From positions 320,001 to 384,000 of the forward strand of contig OY762721.1 in NCBI GenBank assembly GCA_963666345.1: a stretch of DNA of 64,000 nucleotides, written 5' to 3'. The DNA is from Desulfatiglandales bacterium. Its GTDB lineage: Bacteria > Desulfobacterota > DSM-4660 > Desulfatiglandales > Desulfatiglandaceae. A program made the position numbers and the translations under genes. A model generated the notes under the pieces. It did not search any database, was not told the DNA's origin, and saw only the letters and a list, made by a program, of their open reading frames with translations. Positions 42,755 through 51,602 of the stretch are shown one piece after another (the stretch's first letter is position 1; every line of letters begins with the position of its first letter).

Positions 42755-43710
42755 AACTTAAGGTGCTAATTATTCCCATAGCAATCGTACTCATTGCCGT
42801 CTTTTCAGCCGCCTATATCGTGGATGAAACGGAACAGGTAGTCATAACCCAATTTGGAAAGGCCATAGGAGATGCCAAGACCGAACCGGGCCTTTATTTT
42901 AAGGTCCCTATGATCCAGCAGGCAAACTACTTTCCCAAAAATCTGCTCGAATGGGACGGTGACCCGGGTCAGGTTCCCACTCTGGACAAGACGTTCATAT
43001 ATGTGGACACCTTTGCCCGCTGGAAGGTAGTCGATCCCCTGGCCTTTTTTCAGACTGTTAACAACGTCGTCGGAGCCCTTGCCAGGCTGGATGACATAAT
43101 AGATCCGGCGGTCAGGAATTTTATCACTTCCTACCCACTTATCGAGACCGTTCGCATGTCCAACCGAAAACTTGACACATATGAAATAGGCATGGACAAC
43201 AAGCAGCAGGATGTAAGAGTCATCCGTGACATAACAGCCGGACGAAGAGAAATAATAAAGGGGATACTCAAACAGGCCCGGCCCAAATTGAAGGATTTCG
43301 GTATCGAACTGGTTGATGTCAAAATTAAACGTCTTAATTATGTGGAACAGGTAAGAAAGTCGGTTTATGCCAGGATGATCGCAGAGAGGAAACAGATCGC
43401 GGAAAAATTCCGGTCCGAGGGTCAGGGGGAGGCACGAAAGATAGAGGGTAACCTGGAAAGGGAGCTCAAGAAGATCACCTCCGAGGCATACAGGATCGCG
43501 CAGGAAACAAAGGGAAAGGCGGATGGACAGGCCACGCTTATTTATTCCAAGGCCTACAGCAAGGATCCTGAGTTCTATTCCTTTTTGAAGACCCTTGACA
43601 CCTACAAGGAAACAATGGGTGGAGACAGCTCCCTCATACTCTCGACAAACTCGGAATTCCTTAGATATCTGAAAGGGTACAAGGGAGAAACCTCAGATTG
43701 GCTTGACTAG
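42751..43710 (+). CDS. hflC: FtsH protease modulator HflC
   Basis: EPGLYFKVP, RMIAER, DPEFYSFLKTL. Confidence 0.95.
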   Translation: MKLKVLIIPIAIVLIAVFSAAYIVDETEQVVITQFGKAIGDAKTEPGLYFKVPMIQQANYFPKNLLEWDGDPGQVPTLDKTFIYVDTFARWKVVDPLAFFQTVNNVVGALARLDDIIDPAVRNFITSYPLIETVRMSNRKLDTYEIGMDNKQQDVRVIRDITAGRREIIKGILKQARPKLKDFGIELVDVKIKRLNYVEQVRKSVYARMIAERKQIAEKFRSEGQGEARKIEGNLERELKKITSEAYRIAQETKGKADGQATLIYSKAYSKDPEFYSFLKTLDTYKETMGGDSSLILSTNSEFLRYLKGYKGETSDWLD

Positions 43711-43749
43711 AATGATCTAAAGAGAACCCCGGGGATAGGAAGAATTATT

Positions 43750-44232
43750 ATGGTCAGGACCGAGATATCGCTTTTCTTAAAAAATGCACCGGGCGAACTG
43801 GGCAAACTGTCCTCTCTCCTCGCAAGCGAAGGCATAAATATCGACGCCCTGACCATTCAGGATGTCTCAGAATATGTAAAGGGTCTTTTCAAGGCCAGGG
43901 GAAAATCGCTCAAAAGGGTCGCATCCGCCGCAAGTTACGGCTCAATGCAGAAGGACTCGGCAGATTATGCGCTTATTCGCCTTCTTGTGGAAAATACCGA
44001 CAAGGCGATAAACCTGCTTTACAGGGAAGAATATTTATTCGATATAATGCCTGTCATAGCCCTTGAGATAGACAACAAACCGGGGACCCTTGCAAAAATG
44101 GCGCGGAAATTCGGAGAAGAGGATATAAATATAAATTATGTATACGGCTCGGCCCTCGCAGGCAGTAAAAAATCACTATTCGTATTCTGCCCTGAAGATA
44201 TAGAACTTGCAGCAGACATATTCAAGGACTAG
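43750..44232 (+). CDS. Tandem ACT domain protein
   Basis: SLFLKNAPGEL..GINI and DNKPGTL..ININYVY. Confidence 0.85.
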   Translation: MVRTEISLFLKNAPGELGKLSSLLASEGINIDALTIQDVSEYVKGLFKARGKSLKRVASAASYGSMQKDSADYALIRLLVENTDKAINLLYREEYLFDIMPVIALEIDNKPGTLAKMARKFGEEDININYVYGSALAGSKKSLFVFCPEDIELAADIFKD

Positions 44233-45959
44233 GGCTCGGATCTCCTGAAATCCGCCATCTTTAGCTGAATATTTTTACATCCATTCCAGGTGTTGATCTC
44301 AGGGATGTGAAGGATATCGACCCTTGATCCCTCTTTTAACTCTCTGTGACCCATTCCGAATCCGATTACATCAAAACAAAAAGACCCGGCCCTGGCCTTA
44401 AATTTCAGATGCTCCTCGCAAATCACTCTGGGCTTTTCAACCTCCAGTGATTTTGTAAGAAACAACGGACGAGGATTTCCAGCGCCATACGGTTCAAGAG
44501 GCTTCATGACACTTATGCACTCACTGGTTATATCTTTTGGCCCGACTTCCGCATCTATTATAAAACTCCTTAAAAGCTTGTCCCTGGTAAGCAGTTCTTC
44601 TGCAAGCTCATGCATGCCTTTTTCAAAGGCGGGGTAGATCTCCCTTTTCATCGAAAAACCTGCCGCGGCTTCGTGGCCTCCGAAAGAGCTGAAGACCGCT
44701 CTCATTCTATTCATCATTGCAAAGATATCAAAGCCTTCTATGCTGCGTGCGGATCCATAGTTATCACCGTTAATCTCACTTGAAACAAATGAGGGCCTGT
44801 TGTATTTTGATACAAGCCTTGATGCGACAATGCCTAAAACGCCCCTGTGCCATTCCTTTCCTTTCATCAGGATTATCTTGCCGGAAATCAACGTCCCATC
44901 AAGCAGAATACGCTCCTCTATACTCTCCAGCATATCCTTTTCTATGGCCTTTCTATGGTTGTTGGCCTTTTCCATTTCAAGGGCATATCGCCTGGCATCG
45001 TCATAAGTCCGTGCGGTCAGTAGGCTCATTACAAGTCGGGGATTGTCTATTCGACCAGGGGCATTTATTCTGGGGGCAATCTTGAATGCCACGTCTTCGC
45101 TGCTTACCTCATTTCCCGCCAACCCGGAGAGGGATTTCATGGCTTCCAGTCCGGGGCTGGTCGAACCGGACATTACCATCAATCCGTTCGATACAAGTAT
45201 CCTGTTTTGATCGCTCAAAGAAACAGAATCGGCAATCGTACCGAGAGCTACCAGGTCCAGGAACATCCTTAAGTCCGGCTCTTGTTTGATCTTGAACCAC
45301 CCTCTCTTCCTCAATCTGGCCCTCAGGGCCACAGCAAGGAAAAAAGCCACTCCGACCCCGGCCAGATCCTTGAAAGGAAAAGGACATCCCTCCTGTTTTG
45401 GATTGATGCAGGGACAATCGGGTATGGATACATTTTCACATTCATGATGATCCGTGACTACCACCCTCAGTCCCAGGGACCTGGCAAAAGAGACCTCGCT
45501 TTTACCTGATATGCCGCAGTCAACAGTAATTATGAGCCCGCCACCCCTTTTTGCTATTTTTTTTATTGCCTCTTTGTTTAAACCATAACCCTCTTTCAGC
45601 CTGTGAGGGATATAATAGGAGATATCTACTCCAAGCCTGGAAAAAAAATGTACCATCAGGGCTGTGGAACTGATTCCATCTGCATCATAATCTCCGTATA
45701 TGGTAATAGGGATGCCTTCATCCATTGACCCTGATATCATGTTGAGGGCCTCTTCCATTCCTTTTAAGAGCATTGGATCGAGTAGGCGGGACAGTCTTGG
45801 ATTCATAAAATCGCTTGCCTGAGAAGGGTTCAATATACCCCTGTTCGTCATCAACAAGGCCTGGAGAGGGCTTATATTCATCTCCCCGGCAAGTCTTGAT
45901 GCAAGAGGGAAGGTGTGTTTGAACTTCCATATGCTATCTTCGTGATAAGGGATCTTCAA
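44229..45959 (-). CDS. recJ: ssDNA exonuclease RecJ
   Basis: GDYDADG, TVDCG, TDHH, GTIAD, PRINAPGR, FGGHEAAAG. Confidence 0.95.
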   Translation of the reverse strand: MKIPYHEDSIWKFKHTFPLASRLAGEMNISPLQALLMTNRGILNPSQASDFMNPRLSRLLDPMLLKGMEEALNMISGSMDEGIPITIYGDYDADGISSTALMVHFFSRLGVDISYYIPHRLKEGYGLNKEAIKKIAKRGGGLIITVDCGISGKSEVSFARSLGLRVVVTDHHECENVSIPDCPCINPKQEGCPFPFKDLAGVGVAFFLAVALRARLRKRGWFKIKQEPDLRMFLDLVALGTIADSVSLSDQNRILVSNGLMVMSGSTSPGLEAMKSLSGLAGNEVSSEDVAFKIAPRINAPGRIDNPRLVMSLLTARTYDDARRYALEMEKANNHRKAIEKDMLESIEERILLDGTLISGKIILMKGKEWHRGVLGIVASRLVSKYNRPSFVSSEINGDNYGSARSIEGFDIFAMMNRMRAVFSSFGGHEAAAGFSMKREIYPAFEKGMHELAEELLTRDKLLRSFIIDAEVGPKDITSECISVMKPLEPYGAGNPRPLFLTKSLEVEKPRVICEEHLKFKARAGSFCFDVIGFGMGHRELKEGSRVDILHIPEINTWNGCKNIQLKMADFRRSEP

Positions 45960-46536
45960 TTGATAAATACCGGTTTTATTTCTTATGAGTAACCGCGATT
46001 TCCTTTATATTTTGTATTTCAGATCAGATCAGATCAGGATTCCGCTTTCATTTCACAGCCGACTACCCCTGATCCCTGATTTTCCAGGCTTCACTAGGCT
46101 CGAACCTTTCAGAACCGGGCTCTCCTATTTTTTGATCCCGCAAAAAATTGTTCATTCTTCAGGCCGAAAAGGTATATTACCCTTAATAGAATTGGGATGG
46201 AAACAGAAAAATCGCATAAACCATCAGGTGGGCTTTGTGCCAAGCGAAAAGGATCTGAATCACATGCGGCAATGCCTTTTGCCCGGCCTTTTTGAAACGA
46301 TTCAAGCCGATAGTCGGCAATTTGCAGGAGGTAGAGTCGACCCAGTATTAACTTGTTGAAACCAGACATAATTACCACCAACCTCGCGCCTGCACTCAGA
46401 ATTTTTCAAATTTTACCAATTGACTTTTACAGAAAAAGAGGCTAATAGAATCGAAACGCAATCACAAAAAGCCATTTCTTTAAAATTCCAAATAAATTCT
46501 TCATGTTAGAGATAATGAATTAAAGGAGGAGTGCCT

Positions 46537-47829
46537 ATGGACGATAAAGCTCTTGAAATCAGCGAGCTTAAAGGTGAATTCAGAAAAAAAGTCAATGAAA
46601 TCTTGCCTGAAGGAAATCTGAACCTCTGCCTCACTTGTGGTGCATGTGCCAGCGGTTGCCCGGCTACCGGACTTGAGAACATGGATCCAAGAAAATTTGT
46701 CAGGATGATAGTTCTCGGACTCGATGATGAGGTTACTACCACACCATGGGTGTGGATGTGCAGCCAGTGCCAGCGTTGCGTCTATGCCTGTCCTATGAAG
46801 GTCGATATTCCCCGGATGGTTTATCTTGCCCGGCAGGCATGGCCGCGTGAAAAACGACCCAAAGGGATACTCGGTTCATGCGATATGGCCCTCAGGAACG
46901 ACAGTTGCAGTGCAATGGGAGCTGCCCCTGAGGACTTTGTGTTTGTTATAGAAGATGTTGCAGAGGAAGTAAGAGACACCCAACCGGGCTTTGAGACACT
47001 CCAAGCACCGATAGATAAAGAGGGGGCCTATTTTTTCCTCAATCAGAATTCCAGGGAACCGGTGACTGAACCGGATGAATTGGTCCCGCTTTGGAAGATC
47101 CTCCACATTGCTGAGGCGGACTGGACCTATGGCAGCAAGGGGTGGGCAGGAGAAAATTATTGCATGTTTCTTGCCGATGATGATTCATGGGAACATGTTG
47201 TCCGTACGAGCATCAACCAGGCCGAACATCTTGGGTGCAAGGTTTATCTCAATACCGAATGAGGCCACGTAACTTTCTCAGTCCTGGAAGGACTGAAAAA
47301 ATTTGGAATCAAGACCGATCTGGAAATTGCCAGCATTTACCAATATTATGCAAAATGGATTAGAGAGGGGAAGCTGAAGGTCAATTCAGACTGGAACAAG
47401 GATCTGAAAATCAAGTTTACGGTTCAGGATCCATGTCAGATAGTCCGAAAAAGCTTTGGCGACCCGGTAGCGGATGATTTACGGTATGTCGTTAAATCCG
47501 TTGTCGGTGAAGAAAATTTTATTGACATGACCCCTAACAAATCAAACAACTATTGTTGCGGAGGAGGCGGCGGATATCTCCAATCCGGTTTCGTTGAAGC
47601 ACGTCACCAGTATGGAAAGGTAAAATTTGACCAGATAGTGGCTACAGGCGCAGATTATTGTATTGCTGCCTGCCATAACTGTCATGCCCAGATTCATGAT
47701 CTTGCCGATCATTTTAAAGGCAAATACCATACCGTCCACCTGTGGACTCTTATTTGCCTGGCCATGGGAATTCTGGGTGAAAACGAGCGTGAATATCTGG
47801 GACCCGACCTTAAAGAGGTTGGACTCTAA
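46537..47829 (+). CDS. 430-aa Fe-S/CCG-domain oxidoreductase (HdrD/GlpC/HmcF-like) with probable selenocysteine at codon 242 (TGA 47260-47262)
   Basis: Two 4Fe-4S motifs (CLTCGACASGCP, CSQCQRCVYACP); frame stays open after TGA through DPC..CCGGGGG..CHNC; NTE-U-GH matches ECGH; AAGGAGGA RBS. Confidence 0.88.
47263..47305 (+). promoter_or_regulatory. Bacterial SECIS-like hairpin
   Basis: TCAGTCCT-GGA-AGGACTGA (47278-47296); G-led loop 23 nt after the TGA. Confidence 0.75.
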
Positions 47830-47857
47830 TACCGACTAAAAAAGTTCCTCTAAAATG

Positions 47858-47887
47858 AAATCCCGCCTTTATGTGGCGGGATTTTTG
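47858..47887 (+). terminator. Intrinsic terminator
   Basis: AAATCCCGCC-TTTATGT-GGCGGGATTTTT. Confidence 0.8.
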
Positions 47888-48034
47888 TTAAATCCCCAGG
47901 CAATGGGGCCTATGTGACATTGCTTGGGCTACTCGTTTTCCCCTGAGGCAGCACCGCCCCACCCCGACCTGACTTTCAAAACAAAACCAGGTCTTATATA
48001 ATAAACTGTGGCAGCAGGGAGGCTATCAGATCCA

Positions 48035-48526
48035 ATGAGTGTCTATGATATAAAATCCAGAACATACTGGCAGAAGATATTGGATGATATCTGTGAAAAA
48101 TCAGGAATGCCGGCAGCCCTTGTCGACGAAAAGAATGTCGTGCTCCAAGCCAGCGGTGAGCGGAATCCTCTCTGCTCCAAAATCCGCAGCAATAATGAAT
48201 CGCTGTCATTTATTTGCAGCCAGACACAGCAGTATATGACACACCAAGCCAAAACCACCGGGGAACCCATCATTGATGCCTGTGAAGCGGGCATGTTGAA
48301 AGTTTTGATCCCTCTTTTTCTGGATGCTGTTTTTGTGGGATCGATCACTGCCTGCGGATCATCCATACCAGGGGAAGAGGTCGAAACCTTCGCCATTGCA
48401 AAAAGCACAAAAATGGATGAAAACAAAATCATACCACTTGCAAAGATGATCCCTGAAGCCGATCAAAACCTGGTAAAAGACATAGCGCAGCTGCTGTTTC
48501 AGAAAATTAAAGGGATGAGTAGTTAG
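48035..48526 (+). CDS. Stand-alone PocR sensory domain protein
   Basis: WQKILD, NPLCSKIR, FICSQ, CEAGM..IPL, ITACG. Confidence 0.75.
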   Translation: MSVYDIKSRTYWQKILDDICEKSGMPAALVDEKNVVLQASGERNPLCSKIRSNNESLSFICSQTQQYMTHQAKTTGEPIIDACEAGMLKVLIPLFLDAVFVGSITACGSSIPGEEVETFAIAKSTKMDENKIIPLAKMIPEADQNLVKDIAQLLFQKIKGMSS

Positions 48527-48557
48527 GGGTCGATAAAATCAAGATTTACGCACTCAT

Positions 48558-48680
48558 GCTATCAACAATCAGCTCTCAGCAGTCAGTAAAACACTTGAGA
48601 TATCAACTTGCTGGCTACTTACTGATAGCTGACGGCTGAAGGCAACATCCAGAAATGATCCATTTCTGGATGGAAACTAG
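48558..48680. repeat. Inverted heptamer arrays plus perfect 12-bp hairpin
   Basis: GCTATCA ACAATCA GCTCTCA GCAGTCA / CTGATAG CTGACGG CTGAAGG; CATCCAGAAATG-ATC-CATTTCTGGATG. Confidence 0.6.
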
Positions 48681-48793
48681 TTAAAGCCCTTTATTAAGCC
48701 TAATGAAGAGGACTGATTTATTCAAAAAAAGAAACTTCATCGATCATTCCCGTCATAAATCCTGAATATGACATATCGCTCCCCTTTTCAAAA

Positions 48794-49576
48794 CTAACAG
48801 GTCGATAAATCGCCATCAGTATTTGCGTATCGATAAGGGCTTCTCAGGTGAAGGTCCCCCTCCACCAGATCGATGTCCTTGGGGACATCCACCTCTATTG
48901 AGTCAAAAAAGGACTCCACGACCTTTATCCTGAAACCATTTTCCAAGGCCCTCAGCTGTTCCAGCCTTTCAATGGACTCAAGCAGGCCTTCCGGCATCCC
49001 GGTAAATTCAACCAGAAACGACATCCTGAACCCATAAAAACCCAGATGCTTAAAGTATCGCCCTTCCGAACCCTCGTCACGGCAAAACGGGATCGGAAAA
49101 CGGGAAAAATAAAGAGCAAAGCCATCCTTATCGGTAACCACCTTTACATGGTTTGGATTCCGGATATTTTCTTTATCCCTTATTCGGTACATCAGGGTAC
49201 TCATCGGTATGGAAGGATCCGCAATTAAAGGCCCTACCAGCTGGGACAGTATATCGGGAGGAAATGTCGGTTGATCTCCCTGTATGTTTACGACTATATC
49301 GTCGGCATCAAGGCCCATACTTTTTGCCGCTTCACTTATGCGATCGGTTCCTGAACGGTGGGCATCGGAGGTCATAACGGCCTTCCCGCCAAAACCCTCC
49401 ACGCACTCGAGGATTCGCTCATCATCGGTGGCCACATAGACATCCGACAATTCACGGCATGCCGCAGAGTGTTCGTACACATGCTGGATCATAGGCTTTC
49501 CAGCTATAAGAGCGAGAGGTTTACCGGGGAAACGGGTTGAGCCATACCTTGCCGGGATAAAGGCGGCAATTTTCAT
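48794..49576 (-). CDS. kdsB: CMP-KDO synthetase
   Basis: IPARYGSTRFPGKPL, SGTDR, NIQGD, ERLEQLRALE. Confidence 0.95.
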   Translation of the reverse strand: MKIAAFIPARYGSTRFPGKPLALIAGKPMIQHVYEHSAACRELSDVYVATDDERILECVEGFGGKAVMTSDAHRSGTDRISEAAKSMGLDADDIVVNIQGDQPTFPPDILSQLVGPLIADPSIPMSTLMYRIRDKENIRNPNHVKVVTDKDGFALYFSRFPIPFCRDEGSEGRYFKHLGFYGFRMSFLVEFTGMPEGLLESIERLEQLRALENGFRIKVVESFFDSIEVDVPKDIDLVEGDLHLRSPYRYANTDGDLSTC

Positions 49577-49649
49577 AATTGATCCCTCGTTATCTGTTCT
49601 GGGGAAGGGTTGGAGGTTTGAAAAACCCCAAGGACAGTTGCATTTTCCG

Positions 49650-50021
49650 TCACGATTCGAAATATGTGGCACAAGAGGTATCTGATTCCCATGCAGACAC
49701 CCTGCTGATGCTGATACCTTTTTCGTTCAAATCCTTTGAAAGTTTTTCAAAGATTAGTCGGGCTATGTTTTCAGAGGAAGGGTTTATTTTTTCAAAATAA
49801 TCCAGATCATTCAGGAATTCATGGTCAAGCTCATCCAGGATGTTTTTGGTCTTATCCTTTAATTTCCTGAAATCGATAAGCAATCCGTCATCATCAAGCA
49901 TTTTTCCTGTAACCCGGACCTCCACCTTCCAGTTATGGCCATGAAGCTTTTCGCACCCTCCGCAATAATTTCTCAGCTGATGTGCAGCAGCAAACTGGGA
50001 AACTATCTTAATTTCATACAT
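49650..50021 (-). CDS. queD: 6-carboxytetrahydropterin synthase
   Basis: FAAAHQL, CEKLHGHN, LDHEFLN, PSSENIA, WES. Confidence 0.95.
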   Translation of the reverse strand: MYEIKIVSQFAAAHQLRNYCGGCEKLHGHNWKVEVRVTGKMLDDDGLLIDFRKLKDKTKNILDELDHEFLNDLDYFEKINPSSENIARLIFEKLSKDLNEKGISISRVSAWESDTSCATYFES

Positions 50022-50059
50022 AATCCGACCTCAACCAGCTACTATTGCATGGAATCATT

Positions 50060-50326
50060 TCAGCCCTTATAAGGCTTACCACATTCCGTACATTTTCCAT
50101 TGACTATAATGCCTGTGCAGGTACCATCCGGGCACAGGACCCTGTTTTCAAAATCAAAGGAATCCTCATCCGTACCCGAAGAGGCATCTTCAAAATCGGA
50201 TTCATCCTTATCGCCCCGCATAAGCCGGCCGCAATCGATACAATAGTTTGCCTCCTCAGGACCGACAGCACCGCAATACGGGCATTTGGCTCCAGGCAGT
50301 TCTTTCTCACAAAATGGACATTTCAA
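50060..50326 (-). CDS. Small multi zinc-ribbon protein
   Basis: CPFC, CPYC, CIDC, CPDGTC, CTEC; GGAGG RBS before TTG. Confidence 0.75.
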   Translation of the reverse strand: MKCPFCEKELPGAKCPYCGAVGPEEANYCIDCGRLMRGDKDESDFEDASSGTDEDSFDFENRVLCPDGTCTGIIVNGKCTECGKPYKG

Positions 50327-50581
50327 GGCGGCTACCTCCTTATATGATAAAAAAAGACTTTCAATCCCTGACAGCACAAAAACCGCGGGATAAAAAAGGC
50401 CCTCTGAAACCCTGCTCTTTTCACACCGGATGGCTATGGCCTTCGGAGAAAAATGCCAATTATGTCAGAGCCGGGTATTTTGATCCGGCAGAACAGATCT
50501 TTTCAAAAGGCTTGCTGCATTTAAGGCACAAAAATCCATAAGCACACTTCATTTTTTGCGCCAAATACCAAAAACAGCCTG

Positions 50582-50610
50582 ATATTACCTCCAAGATATA
50601 TCGATGTCAA
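50582..50610 (-). promoter_or_regulatory. Putative sigma70 promoter of the zinc-ribbon/queD/kdsB unit
   Basis: TTGACA-17-TAATAT. Confidence 0.5.
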
Positions 50611-50654
50611 AGCCTTCCTTTTTCCCCTGGACACCATCAAGACGTCATCCGACA

Positions 50655-51341
50655 TCATACATGCTCATGACACCCGGTTTTCCATGGCTTCTTCCAGTCG
50701 ATCATGTCAGACAGCTCTTCCCAGCCATTTACCGACGCAAAGGGGTGGACACTGCGATTCCACGGCTGATCGAATACTATGGGTGTCACAGGTGAACTCT
50801 CCATGAGATAGCAGGTTTCAAGTCGGTCTTCCACGAAATATTTCATGCCTCGTTTTAGAAGGATCGGTAGTTTGTCCTCATGTCTTCCGGCGGCTACCAG
50901 GATGATTGAATCCCGCCTGGCCAAAGGCATATAATGCCAGATCCAGTTCAATATTGAATCCCGGTCCGATCTTGCAGTCACAAAAAGCAGATTCCCGTTA
51001 TCGGCCAACCTGGTTAATACATCGACAGAACCGGTTACCGGCCTTATATCCGCTTCAAGAGGCTGATCCAGAATCCTGCTTATGATATCATTGGTTGAGT
51101 TTTCATCAAGACCCGTATCCTTCCAGAATTCGTATTCATTGATATCGTCATAATGTATTCTCAAACCATAATCCTTAAAGGCAATTTCTATGAATGCGCG
51201 AAACGTATCCGCAACTACACCATCGACATCAAATGCAATCTCTGAAGGGTCAATTCTAAATGACCCGGAGCAATTTTTGATTTCAGTACCTTCCCTTGCA
51301 CCTGATTCCACCTTACCGACCGGTTTTTTAATGGAGTTCAT
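50655..51341 (-). CDS. HAD-like 5'(3')-nucleotidase family protein
   Basis: AFDVDGVVAD, FVTAR, FVEDR, FDQPWN. Confidence 0.8.
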   Translation of the reverse strand: MNSIKKPVGKVESGAREGTEIKNCSGSFRIDPSEIAFDVDGVVADTFRAFIEIAFKDYGLRIHYDDINEYEFWKDTGLDENSTNDIISRILDQPLEADIRPVTGSVDVLTRLADNGNLLFVTARSDRDSILNWIWHYMPLARRDSIILVAAGRHEDKLPILLKRGMKYFVEDRLETCYLMESSPVTPIVFDQPWNRSVHPFASVNGWEELSDMIDWKKPWKTGCHEHV

Positions 51342-51602
51342 ATTAAATCCTTTCCGAATCTTTATAATTAACGAACCCCCCCGGCTCTCTGAAAATAGGG
51401 CCGTCAATGCAGCTCTGGCTCATAGGCCCTCATGGCTCATAAAGGAGGTATTAATCTAAATCCCTATGGCGGTCTTTTCAATGTATATGTCTTAGAAAAG
51501 ATTTCAACGGATATGCATGGAGACAACGTATGGGAAAAATGCGGAAGGGGGGATTGTCTCTTCATAACAAACTGCTAATATTAAGGCACGCTCTCATAAC
51601 TG

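Noticed and set aside
45985..46381. Overlapping 124-aa and 90-aa ORFs between recJ and the selenoprotein gene
   Set aside because: No RBS or motifs; treated as divergent promoter region
46531..47829. Two separate genes or a nonsense pseudogene
   Set aside because: Single in-frame TGA at a Cys-equivalent site with a SECIS-like hairpin and no other lesion
50327..50580. PreQ1 riboswitch ahead of the queD unit
   Set aside because: No hairpin plus A-rich tail pattern
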